64,000 bases of DNA, from assembly GCA_963798085.1 (NCBI GenBank), contig CAWCRS010000005.1:736001-800000 (forward strand). The letters run 5' to 3'. The notes below the pieces were generated by a model. The model did not search any database. It was given only the letters and a program-made list of their open reading frames with translations, and was not told the origin of the DNA. Made by a program: the position numbers and the translations under genes. Positions 55,107-64,000 of the stretch are shown in pieces. Position 1 is the first letter of the stretch; every line of letters begins with the position of its first letter. The stretch comes from an uncultured Gemmatimonadales bacterium (GTDB lineage: Bacteria; Gemmatimonadota; Gemmatimonadetes; Longimicrobiales; RSA9).

Positions 55107-56832
55107 GTCGTCTCGTCGCTTACGGCGGCTCCGGCAGGCGCTCTACCGCCTCTATTATCGAGTCAAGTACTTCCCGTTCGCCCGCGAACGGCGCGAGCGC
55201 ATGACCGGGCAGCCGGCCGAACGCGGCTTCGTCGTGATCCAGCTGGACGCGCTCAGCCACGATGATCTGCTGCACGCCATCCAGCAAGGCTGGGCGCCTC
55301 GCCTGCGCCGCCTGCTGCAGCGCGATGGCTGGCAGCTGCGTAAGTACACCGCCGGCCTGCCGAGTGCCACGCCCTCTGTCCAGGCCGCCATCTTCCACGG
55401 TGTCCAGTCGCAGATTCCCGCGTTCCGTTTCTACATCAAGGACGAACGCCGCGTGATCGTGGGCTCGCGACCCGCGGATGTGCAGCACGTGCGCGACCGC
55501 CTGCCGCAGACCGGTATCCTCGCCGGTGGCTCGAGCTACACGAACATCTTCGATGGCGGCGCCGACCGTGCCGCGTTCACGCTCGCGGCCCAGCGCGCCC
55601 AGCCTTTCTTTCAGAAAATGGGCGGCGCGCGCGTGTCGCTCCTTGCGCTGCTGCACCCTGTGCGCATGGTGCGCATGATTCTGGCCGCCGTGTGGGAGTA
55701 CATGCTCGAGGAGTGGAACCGCCTCATCAGTCAGCTGCGTGGCCAGTCCACGCACTACTGGTGGTACATCCCGCTGCTGCACATCGGCACGGATGTGCTG
55801 CTGCGCGAGCTGCAGACACTGGCAGTGCTGCTCGACATCTACGTGGGCGTGCCTTTCATCTACACGACCTACAATTCATACGACGAGTTTGCGCACCACT
55901 TCGGCCCGCGCTCGCGTGCCGCGCTGGCCGGCATCCGCGCCATGGACCGGCGAGTGGGCGAGATCATGCGCATGCTGCGCCGTCTGCCCGGCCGTCCCTA
56001 TGACCTCTACATACTGAGCGATCACGGCCAGACGCCATCCGTGCCGTATCGCGTCGAATTCGGCGAAACCCTGGGCGCGACCATTGTCGCGGCCGCTCGC
56101 CATGGCGTGCTGGTAATGGCCGGCACCGGCGACTACGCCACCGACAATCACGATGCCATGGATTTCCTGGTGCGCGAGCTGGAGCAGGTGTCGCAGCAGT
56201 CGAATCCTGCCGCCCGTCATCTGGGTCTTCGCATCGGTCGCTGGCTGCGCAGCCACTACGGCCTGTTCCCGCTGGTCGCCGAGGTCGTGCGCCAGTCGCC
56301 GGAGACGCAGCTCGTGGTCACGTACTCATCCTCACTGGCGCACGTCTACTGGACGCAGCCGGAAACGCCACTGCACCTGGACGAGATCCGCGCCGACGCC
56401 GACCGCCGCGCGCTCTACTACTTCCTGGTCGCGCACCGCGGCATTGGCGTGGTGATCACGCGCATGCTGGATGGCGCGCACGTCGAGTCAATGCGCGGCC
56501 GCGCGCTGGTCACGCCGGCCGGCGAGATCGAGGTGCTGTCAGGCGAGGATCCGCTGCACGACTACGCCAGCACGCAGCTGGAGCGGCGCGCCATCGCGCG
56601 GCTGGCGCAGCAGCCCCATGCCGGCGACATCGTGCTCTTCGGCGCCTGGGACCCGGTGCGCAACGTGTGCATCTGCTTCGACGACCAGGTCGGCGCGCAC
56701 GGCGCCATGGGCGGCGCCCAGTACTATCCCTTCCTGCTCACGCGCCCGGGCCTGGTCCCGCCCGGAGCGCGTGTCGACGAACCGCTGGACATCCATGCGC
56801 TGCTGTCCCGCTACCGCGAACCCGTTGCCTGA
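55105..56832 (+). CDS. Alkaline phosphatase superfamily (nucleotide pyrophosphatase/phosphodiesterase-like) protein
   Basis: IQLDALS, LPSATP, YDEFAHH, LSDHGQ and AHG metal-site motifs; alternative start 55201. Confidence 0.82.
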   Translation: MSSRRLRRLRQALYRLYYRVKYFPFARERRERMTGQPAERGFVVIQLDALSHDDLLHAIQQGWAPRLRRLLQRDGWQLRKYTAGLPSATPSVQAAIFHGVQSQIPAFRFYIKDERRVIVGSRPADVQHVRDRLPQTGILAGGSSYTNIFDGGADRAAFTLAAQRAQPFFQKMGGARVSLLALLHPVRMVRMILAAVWEYMLEEWNRLISQLRGQSTHYWWYIPLLHIGTDVLLRELQTLAVLLDIYVGVPFIYTTYNSYDEFAHHFGPRSRAALAGIRAMDRRVGEIMRMLRRLPGRPYDLYILSDHGQTPSVPYRVEFGETLGATIVAAARHGVLVMAGTGDYATDNHDAMDFLVRELEQVSQQSNPAARHLGLRIGRWLRSHYGLFPLVAEVVRQSPETQLVVTYSSSLAHVYWTQPETPLHLDEIRADADRRALYYFLVAHRGIGVVITRMLDGAHVESMRGRALVTPAGEIEVLSGEDPLHDYASTQLERRAIARLAQQPHAGDIVLFGAWDPVRNVCICFDDQVGAHGAMGGAQYYPFLLTRPGLVPPGARVDEPLDIHALLSRYREPVA

Positions 56833-56945
56833 TTAACAAGCAGTTAGATCTCCCCCGATCCTCTCCCCCTCCCACCCACCTCCTCCTCCTTCGACCCCTG
56901 CTCCAGTCCGTCGCCCTTGTCACTGCGAGCCAATGTCGCCGCCGA

Positions 56946-57863
56946 CTATCCCTTCGCATGAAAACGGTACCCGATCATCTTGTAGACCAGCTTGGCGACC
57001 AGGAAATCAGGCGCGAACAGTCCCGGTATCGGCGCCAGCTCGACCACATCGGCGGCGACCACGTGCTTCTCCGTGAACACGCGGCGCAGCAGCTGCAGCA
57101 CGGGATACCAGGTGAGGCCGCCGGGCTCGGGTGTGCCGGTCGAGGGGATGAGCGACGGGTCGAAACCATCGACATCGAAGGTGAGGTACACATCGTCGCC
57201 CAGCCGGTGCAGCACGTCGTCGATCCAGGCATCGCCAGTGTGGATGTCATCAGCGAAGAAAATGCTGATGCTGTCGGCACGCTGCCGGGCCAGGGTACGT
57301 TCTTCCGCGGTGAGGGCACGGATGCCGACAGCGACGATGTCGGCGCGGTCCAGCACGCGCGCCATCACGGATGCGTGAGACCAGGGACTGCCCTCGTAGG
57401 CAGGGCGCAGGTCGGTGTGCGCATCGATCTGCAGCACGCTCAGGCGCCGGCCCAGACGATCCGCCCATGCCAGCACGGGCGCGCTGCTGATCGAGTGCTC
57501 GCCGCCCAGCGTGATGATGAAGCGGTCGCCGGCGCGCTCGAGCAGTGCATCGTACGCAGCACGCAGCTCGGCGATGGCCGCCTCGGCGCCGGCACGCGAG
57601 AGCGACAGTGCGGGCAGCGTGGCAATGCCCCCCTCGTACGGCTCGGCGTCCAGCTCCTGATCGTACAACTCAATGTAGCGCGAAGCTTCGATGATGGCGC
57701 GCGGCCCGTGTGACGTGCCGCCGCCGTAGCTGGTGGTCGACTCGTAGGGCACGGGAAAAATCACGGCGCGCGCGTTTTCGAAGTTGCTCGTCGCCTCGTC
57801 CAGCCCGAGGAAATTGTGCGGCAGCTCCCACGGCAATCCGGCCAGCCCCTGCGGCAGACTCAT
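56946..57863 (-). CDS. speB: Agmatinase
   Basis: GGAGGAGG RBS; GGEHS, DAHTD, SHAS, DVDGFDPS, TGTPEPGG. Confidence 0.93.
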   Translation of the reverse strand: MSLPQGLAGLPWELPHNFLGLDEATSNFENARAVIFPVPYESTTSYGGGTSHGPRAIIEASRYIELYDQELDAEPYEGGIATLPALSLSRAGAEAAIAELRAAYDALLERAGDRFIITLGGEHSISSAPVLAWADRLGRRLSVLQIDAHTDLRPAYEGSPWSHASVMARVLDRADIVAVGIRALTAEERTLARQRADSISIFFADDIHTGDAWIDDVLHRLGDDVYLTFDVDGFDPSLIPSTGTPEPGGLTWYPVLQLLRRVFTEKHVVAADVVELAPIPGLFAPDFLVAKLVYKMIGYRFHAKG

Positions 57864-58086
57864 GCCTCCTCCTTCCACACGAACGCTCCCGACGCTGCCT
57901 CGTCCGGGCGCGTTCGCGACGCGTCGGTTGGGCACTGCTCCTCCTTGCGCGCGGCCTCGCCCTGCCGGCAACCGGCGGTCAATCGGCGGGTCGGCCGGCC
58001 GGCGCGCAATAGCGCGCGCGAGCGCGGCCCTTGAGGCAGAGCCGGCAATGCCCCAACTTGCGCGCTCAATTCTGCGGGCGGAGAGA

Positions 58087-59979
58087 ATGACCTGGACGAT
58101 CGAAGATTCCAAGGAGCTGTACAACATCGAAGGCTGGGGTGTCGGCTATTTCGGCATCAATGAGCGCGGGCACGTGACGGTGCACCCCACCCGTGATGCG
58201 CGGCGCGGCCTCGACCTCTACGAGCTGGCCATGGACCTGCAGGCGCAGGGTGTGGGCCTGCCCATGCTGCTGCGTTTCTCGGATATCCTGCGCACGCGCA
58301 TCGAGACGCTCTACGAGAAGTTCGATGCCGCCATTCGCGAGTACGAGTACACCGCGCGCTACACCATCGTCTACCCCATCAAGGTGAACCAGCAGAAGCA
58401 CATCATCGAGGAGATCGTCGCGTTCGGCGAGAAGTTCGGCGTGGGTCTGGAAGTGGGCTCCAAGCCCGAGCTGCAGGCGGTGCTGGCGCTGTCCGAGCGT
58501 ACCGACCACGTGATTGTCTGCAACGGCTACAAGGACGAGGAGTACATGCGCCTCGCCCTCATGGGGCAGAAGCTGGGCCACACCGTGCTCGTGGTGCTGG
58601 AGAAACCGAGCGAAGTCGACCTGCTGATCCGTGTGAGCGATGACATGGGCGTCCAGCCCACTGCGGGTGTGCGCATCAAGCTGAGCACGGCGGGCGCCGG
58701 GCGCTGGTCCGAGAGTGCGGGCGAGAAGAGCAAGTTCGGACTGACCGCCGCCGAGCTGATGCGCGTGCTGGACCGGCTGCGCGCCGCCGGCCGCGTGGAT
58801 CTGCTGCGCATGGTGCACTTCCATCTGGGCTCGCAGATCCCCGACATCCGCAACATCAAGCAGGCCATGACGGAGGTAGCGCGCTACTACGTCGAGCTGC
58901 GCCGTCTGGGCGTCGACGTGCAGTACGTCAATGTGGGCGGCGGCCTGGGCGTCGACTACGACGGCACCCGCTCGACCGGTGCGGCCAGCGCCAACTATAC
59001 CATCCGCGAGTATGCCAGCGACATCATCTACACACTGGCCGAGGCCTGTCGTGATGCGGAGCTGCCCATGCCCCACGTCATCTCCGAGTCGGGGCGCGCG
59101 CTCACCGCGCACCATGCATTGCTGTTAGTCAACGTCATCGACCTCGAGTCCCAGATCGCCGAGCCGCCGCCGGAGATCCCGGAAGACGCGCACATGCTGG
59201 TGCACGAGCTGAGCGAGACCTTCCGCGACATCGACCAGCGCAACCTGCGCGAAGCCTACCACGACTCGACCTTCGCCAAGGAGCAGCTGCACAACCTGTT
59301 CAACAGCGGCGTGCTGTCGCTATCCGAGCGCGCCCTGGGCGAGCGCAGCTACCTCGCGGTCATGAACCGCATCCGCCAGCTGGCGCAACCCGACCTCGAG
59401 GATTACGACGACATCCTTCCCGACATCGACTCGATCCTCATCGATCGCTACTTCTGCAATTTCTCCGTCTTCCAGTCACTGCCCGATTCCTGGGCCATCG
59501 ACCAGCTCTTTCCCATCCTGCCCATCCACCGCCTGGAGGAAGAGCCGGTGCGGCGAGGCACGCTGCAGGATGTGACGTGCGATTCCGATGGCAAGATCGA
59601 CCGCTTCGCCGGCTGGCGCCGGCCCAAGAGCAGCCTCGAGCTGCACACCTTCCGGCACGACGAGCCCTATGTTCTCGGCATCTTCCTGACAGGCGCTTAT
59701 CAGGAAATCCTGGGCGACCTGCACAACCTCTTCGGCGACACCAACGCCGTGCACATCCGCCTGACCGACAAGGGCTACGAAGTCGGTGACCTCGTGCACG
59801 GCGACACCATCACCGAAGTCCTGAACTACGTACAGTTCAACGCCCAGGATCTGGTGACCACGTTCCGGCGCAAAGTCCAGAACGCCACTGGCCTCTCCCG
59901 CACCGAAGCCAATGCCTTCATTGCCGACTACATCGAGGGACTGGCCGGATATACCTATCTGGAAGGAAGCCGGGAGTAG
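58087..59979 (+). CDS. speA: Biosynthetic arginine decarboxylase
   Basis: YPIKVNQ (PLP Lys), HFHLGSQ, GGGLGVDYDG, SESGRA, TCDSDG, GAYQEILGDLHNLFG. Confidence 0.96.
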   Translation: MTWTIEDSKELYNIEGWGVGYFGINERGHVTVHPTRDARRGLDLYELAMDLQAQGVGLPMLLRFSDILRTRIETLYEKFDAAIREYEYTARYTIVYPIKVNQQKHIIEEIVAFGEKFGVGLEVGSKPELQAVLALSERTDHVIVCNGYKDEEYMRLALMGQKLGHTVLVVLEKPSEVDLLIRVSDDMGVQPTAGVRIKLSTAGAGRWSESAGEKSKFGLTAAELMRVLDRLRAAGRVDLLRMVHFHLGSQIPDIRNIKQAMTEVARYYVELRRLGVDVQYVNVGGGLGVDYDGTRSTGAASANYTIREYASDIIYTLAEACRDAELPMPHVISESGRALTAHHALLLVNVIDLESQIAEPPPEIPEDAHMLVHELSETFRDIDQRNLREAYHDSTFAKEQLHNLFNSGVLSLSERALGERSYLAVMNRIRQLAQPDLEDYDDILPDIDSILIDRYFCNFSVFQSLPDSWAIDQLFPILPIHRLEEEPVRRGTLQDVTCDSDGKIDRFAGWRRPKSSLELHTFRHDEPYVLGIFLTGAYQEILGDLHNLFGDTNAVHIRLTDKGYEVGDLVHGDTITEVLNYVQFNAQDLVTTFRRKVQNATGLSRTEANAFIADYIEGLAGYTYLEGSRE

Positions 59980-60068
59980 TCGCGGTTTCCAACAGCGTTG
60001 CTGGGGCTGGTTGCCCGGGAACGCCATAACGCATCAGGACTCGTTGCTGGCGCTCGGATGTTTCCGTG

Positions 60069-62207
60069 TCAGCGGGGGCGTCGGGTCCAGATGAGAATGA
60101 CGCCGCAGGAGTTCTTGTATTCGATGGGCGTGGCGGCGCCGACGTAGACTTCGATGCCGTCGATGAAGGGAATGGGGATGTTGTGCATCTGGTCCCAGCC
60201 GGAATTGAGCGGCACGCCGTCATAGTAGACGCCGGGCTCGCAGCCGCGCAGCTCATCGTTGGCGTTGATGATGGTGGTGACGCGGCGGAAGCGGACCTGG
60301 GAGGTGCCGACTTCGTTGGTGAGGACGAAGACGCCGGGAATGTCACGCAGCAGATCGGTGAACAGCGCGGGGTGCTTCTCTTCAATGTCGCGGCGCGTGA
60401 AGAAGTGGCCGGACAGCCCGCTCGTGCGGCGATCGAAGAAGCCGTTCTGGTCCAGCCAGCGGGAGCGTACGGTCACGGTGATGGGATCGAGCTTGATGGC
60501 CTGCGTGGCCAGGCCCACCTCGGCATCGATCACCAGGCCCGCGGGTACGGAAACCGTGTCCGCGCGCGCCTCGAAGCCCAGCATGTGGGTCTCGACGACG
60601 TACGAGCCCGAGGGCACATCGCCGATGCGGAAGCGGCCGTCGGAGCCCGTGATGGCGTGATGCTCGGTACCGGTCAGCACAACCTCCGCACCGGGCACGG
60701 CGCGACCCGTGGAGCGGTCGAACACGCGTCCCACCAGCTTGCCCGGCTCGTGCGTGGTGAGCGCGTCATTGATCAGGCTGTCGACACGCTGGGTGGTCAC
60801 GATGCCGGCGCTGCGCAGGAAATAACGCAGGCTGTCCGCGGCGGATAACTGCATGTTTGCGGACTGCAGCGCGCGCGCGCTGTCGGCCAGGTCGATCTCG
60901 ACCTGCGTCGTCTGATTGCCGGCCAGCCAGACGTCGTGCGTCAGCGGCACCACGTTCGCCGTGGGGCCGGGCGCGACACCCACGCGGAAGCGGCCCGCGG
61001 GCAGCTCGGGAATGTAGAAGCGACCATCGGGATTCGTCGTCGCCTCGTAGTTCGTGCCGATCAGCCGGACCCGCGCTCCCTCGATGGGCACGCCCCCCTT
61101 CACGCTGTTCACCACACCCAGCAGGTGCGCGCGCGAAATCACGGGCAGCACCGAACCATCGGTCAGCGCCACGCGCATCACCTCGGCGCCATCTTCGCGC
61201 GCGAGGGGTGGCTCGGCGGAAGGCGGCGGCGGTGTACGCACCCACCAGCGGCCCAGCGTCCACAATCCGTTCGAGAGTCGCTGGAAACTGAGGCCACCCG
61301 CCGGCGCGCGCGGCCCGCGCGCTGCGAGGCCGCTGTACGCGAAGTCGACATCGCTCAGTTCGGCTGTCTCCGCATCCAGCCACATTACACCGAAAATGTC
61401 GACTGCCTTGCGGCCCGCCACCGGCTCGAACGTGATGCCCACGCGGCTGGCATGCCCGTGCTGCGCCGGTTCCAGCCGCACACCGAAGCAGTGGCCGCTC
61501 GCAAACTGATCGGAGAGCAGCACATTGGCGTCGGGCGCGAACAGGACGTCGCCGCGCGGCGTGCTCTGCGCGTAGCCTTCGAGTGCGACCTGATCGGGCG
61601 AGCGACTGCGCGAGGGACTCTCCGCGAGTCCCTGCAGCTGCCGGCCCTGCTCGCCTTCAATGCGGTCACCCGGTCCGAGCCGCCGCTGGTACTGGAAGAC
61701 ATCGTACAGGAAGAGATGACGCGCGCGGGTCCATGACTCGATCGCCAGTGCCTTCCGTGCTTCGCTCAGCAGCAGACCCGCCGGCCTGTCCGGACCCGGC
61801 TGCACTTCGCAGCGTGCGGGTGCGCTCGCAACCGCTTTCGCCAGGTCGATCGACTCGCGCGGCAGCTCGACTCTCGCCTCGCCCGTCGCGGGCACAGCAG
61901 CGGTGGCAGCTCGCCGCCCGATCGCGTCGACACGCAGCGTCGCTGCACCCTGCGCGGACGCGAGGACGAAATGACCCTCCCGATCCGAAACCGAGAGGGC
62001 CGTCCGATGTCCGTCCGCCGCCACCGCCGAAACCAGTGCGCCCGCGATCGGCGAGCCACTGCCCGACAGCACCACTACACCCCGGATCTCCTGCGCCACA
62101 CCATCACTCGCCGCCAGCAACAGACCTAGCGCGCAACCCACCGCGCCGTACCGCGCCGTTGCGCTACGGATCGTGTGCAGCGTGTTCTTGTCGTGGCCCC
62201 GTCGCAT
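60069..62207 (-). CDS. Secreted protein: three carboxypeptidase-regulatory-like domains + C-terminal TonB-plug-like domain, no beta-barrel
   Basis: Signal peptide; repeated G.V...G.PI.GA.V...T..DGRF units; DLLRDIPGV, YYDGVP, IDGIEVY, CGVILIWTRR*. Confidence 0.8.
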   Translation of the reverse strand: MRRGHDKNTLHTIRSATARYGAVGCALGLLLAASDGVAQEIRGVVVLSGSGSPIAGALVSAVAADGHRTALSVSDREGHFVLASAQGAATLRVDAIGRRAATAAVPATGEARVELPRESIDLAKAVASAPARCEVQPGPDRPAGLLLSEARKALAIESWTRARHLFLYDVFQYQRRLGPGDRIEGEQGRQLQGLAESPSRSRSPDQVALEGYAQSTPRGDVLFAPDANVLLSDQFASGHCFGVRLEPAQHGHASRVGITFEPVAGRKAVDIFGVMWLDAETAELSDVDFAYSGLAARGPRAPAGGLSFQRLSNGLWTLGRWWVRTPPPPSAEPPLAREDGAEVMRVALTDGSVLPVISRAHLLGVVNSVKGGVPIEGARVRLIGTNYEATTNPDGRFYIPELPAGRFRVGVAPGPTANVVPLTHDVWLAGNQTTQVEIDLADSARALQSANMQLSAADSLRYFLRSAGIVTTQRVDSLINDALTTHEPGKLVGRVFDRSTGRAVPGAEVVLTGTEHHAITGSDGRFRIGDVPSGSYVVETHMLGFEARADTVSVPAGLVIDAEVGLATQAIKLDPITVTVRSRWLDQNGFFDRRTSGLSGHFFTRRDIEEKHPALFTDLLRDIPGVFVLTNEVGTSQVRFRRVTTIINANDELRGCEPGVYYDGVPLNSGWDQMHNIPIPFIDGIEVYVGAATPIEYKNSCGVILIWTRRPR

Positions 62208-62356
62208 GGCGTTTCCCGTCGACGGCGATGGCTTTGGAGGACAAAGCCGCGGAAATCTGTATGTGAAACGCGCGGCCCCTCGCGGGCATGACCGGTTTCG
62301 GCCCGGATTCCCTGCCCCTCATCCCCCGGCTGCTGATCCGTTGCCCGATCCCACCG

Positions 62357-62836
62357 TCAGATCGTCTCGATCGGGCAGGTCAGACCTTCCCAGCGGACTT
62401 CCGCACCCGCGGCCACACAGGCCGCGCACAGACCATAGATCTGCAAGCGGTAGCGCGCCGGCTGAAAACCGTGGCGCCGCGCTTCGTCCTCCTGCACCCG
62501 CACCAGCTCCGAGCTGTGAATCTCCGTCACCTTCCCGCACTCCGTGCACACCAGGTGCTCGCGTACCGGCTTCTGCCCGAACAGGTGCTCGTACCGCTTG
62601 AAGCCCTCGCCGAAATCGTGCTCCTCCACCAAACCGCTCTTCACCAGCATCTCGAGCGTCCGATAGATCGTCGCCTTGCCGATGCGCTCACCCCGATCGC
62701 GCAGCTGCGCCTCGATCTCGTCCACCGACAGGTGGCCCTGTCCCGCGAACACGACCTCCGCAACCGCCTCCCGCTGCTGCGTCACCGGCAGCCCGCGGTC
62801 CCTCAGATATCGGCGAAAGAGGTGAACGAACGACAC
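62357..62836 (-). CDS. fur: Fur family metalloregulator
   Basis: GTG start with GGAGG RBS; TQQR, HLSVDEI, ATIYRTL, HLVCTECG, GLCAAC; metal specificity not determinable. Confidence 0.88.
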   Translation of the reverse strand: MSFVHLFRRYLRDRGLPVTQQREAVAEVVFAGQGHLSVDEIEAQLRDRGERIGKATIYRTLEMLVKSGLVEEHDFGEGFKRYEHLFGQKPVREHLVCTECGKVTEIHSSELVRVQEDEARRHGFQPARYRLQIYGLCAACVAAGAEVRWEGLTCPIETI

Positions 62837-62861
62837 GCGAATCCTCCACGGCGGACCAAAC

Positions 62862-62880
62862 GATAATGATTATGGATAGC
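62862..62880. promoter_or_regulatory. Fur-box-like operator upstream of fur
   Basis: GATAATGATTATGGATAGC matches 14/19 of GATAATGATAATCATTATC, starting 26 bp upstream of the fur start. Confidence 0.65.
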
Positions 62881-62937
62881 GAAGATCATCAGCCGCCGCA
62901 ACGAGCACTCCGCTCGATGCGTACCGCGGGACCTCGA

Positions 62938-63504
62938 TCAGGCGTCCGGTTCTGCTGCCATGAGAAGCGACGCATCGCTCGCGGAAGTCGACGGCGAGGC
63001 ATCGTCGGGGGTGGTGGTCAGGGGCACCGCTGGCTCTGCTGCAACGGCATCAGGCGACGTTGCTGCCCCGCGTCCCTGCGCGCTCTCGTCCGCGGGCGCA
63101 CCCAGCGCACGCAGGAGTGCACGCCAGCGTTCCGGCTCCCCGTTGATGGATTCCGCGCGTGGAGGTTGGGTGGCGTCGTCGCCCAACCGCCGTACCACGC
63201 CTTCGACCACACGCGCCAGCGCATCGGCGGGTGCGGTAGCGTACTCGTAGATCTCCTCCTGCACCGTCGCTCTGGCCTTGCGGTCGCGTGTGACCAGCCA
63301 GCGGACGGCGCCCACCCGCCGGCGCTCAGGTGCGCCCGGCTCGAACACGGCAAGAACGACGACGGTGCTCTCGACACCGGAGGCGCGCCGTGTGGGGAAG
63401 ATCCAGAGCGCGTCGATTGCAGCGACCGCCACGCGCGCCGTGAGTCGCTGCAGCAGTGAGTGCAACGCGCCTTCATCCGCGAGGTTCACCCACTGGCTGA
63501 TCAC
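62938..63504 (-). CDS. Hypothetical protein
   Basis: GTGA overlap with the upstream stop; globular N-terminal part and low-complexity acidic tail. Confidence 0.6.
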   Translation of the reverse strand: MISQWVNLADEGALHSLLQRLTARVAVAAIDALWIFPTRRASGVESTVVVLAVFEPGAPERRRVGAVRWLVTRDRKARATVQEEIYEYATAPADALARVVEGVVRRLGDDATQPPRAESINGEPERWRALLRALGAPADESAQGRGAATSPDAVAAEPAVPLTTTPDDASPSTSASDASLLMAAEPDA

Positions 63505-64000
63505 CTTGTCCTCCGCAGGGGTGGGGCGGGCGCTTCCGCGCCGATCTCGTGCTCGACGAAGTAGCGCAGCACGTGCAGGAAATCCTGTGCGTTGGTGATC
63601 ACGCCGAAGGCCTGGTGCGTCCCGCGGTCCTTGAGTTTGCTGACCACGAACTCGGATGAATCGACCGCAATCGTAGCCAGCGGGCGCAGCGACTGGTCGG
63701 CCTCCACCACGTATGATGGCAGCATGTTACCAAAGCCGATGGAGTGCAGCGCGGTGGCGATCATGATGGCCATGGTCGCTTTGCGCGCGTGCTCGCGCAT
63801 CAGCTCCTGGGCGCGGGTCGTGTCGGTGATGGTGTCGAGGAGCGGCCCGTCATCGCGTACGGAGCCGGCCAGCACGAAGGGCACATCGTACCGCACGCAG
63901 GCGTGCATGATGCCTTCGGTCAGGATGCCCTGGTCGACGGCGTGGGCAATGGAGCCCGCACGCGCAATGCGGTTGATGGCGCGCATGTGGAAGCCGTGGC
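63501..64000 (-). CDS. TIGR00300-like protein (ArgZ/AgrE C-terminal ornithine cyclodeaminase-like), 3' part only
   Basis: HMRAINRI..AGSI..AV..GI...GIM.AC...VPFVLAGSVRDDGPL, LHSIGFGNMLP, KLKDRG. Confidence 0.78.
   Translation of the reverse strand, partial: HGFHMRAINRIARAGSIAHAVDQGILTEGIMHACVRYDVPFVLAGSVRDDGPLLDTITDTTRAQELMREHARKATMAIMIATALHSIGFGNMLPSYVVEADQSLRPLATIAVDSSEFVVSKLKDRGTHQAFGVITNAQDFLHVLRYFVEHEIGAEAPAPPLRRTR

Noticed and set aside
56850..56900. Pyrimidine-rich tract between convergent genes
   Set aside because: Short, with no clear periodicity or stem; no supportable function

Overview
This is a high-GC, gene-dense bacterial chromosome segment. Its gene content (three ADOP-type permeases, a PadR regulator, barrel-less carboxypeptidase-regulatory/plug proteins, many secreted peptidases and lipoproteins) suggests Gemmatimonadota, by inference. 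I found no rRNA, tRNA, CRISPR array or transposase/integrase. From left to right it holds: transhydrogenase pntAb-pntB (partial); osmC; a FecR-like plus CHASE2-TIR pair; a lipoprotein; an ADOP permease; an APC permease with an amidohydrolase; a response regulator-HEAT-GT2-hybrid kinase operon; an Omp85-like/DUF2203/prolyl oligopeptidase run; PadR-ADOP; a decayed DUF5694 gene; a 12x8-bp repeat; a small HTH protein; M28 and S9 peptidases; an ADOP permease; a GNAT; a peptidoglycan-recycling cluster (murQ-anmK-lipoprotein-nagZ-GT-C-SSS symporter-amidase); ggt; an ABC exporter; ccdA; speB/speA; fur; and a partial TIGR00300-like gene. The best candidate for an undescribed system is the membrane receptor with a periplasmic CHASE2 sensor and a cytoplasmic TIR domain retaining the catalytic Glu, coupled to a secreted FecR-like protein. 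A second notable signal is that several conserved-motif substitutions and one nonsense codon are all the same change, CGATG->CAATG. This points to a methylation-linked base-calling error or a mutational hotspot. Several single-base frameshifts also suggest an imperfect consensus sequence.
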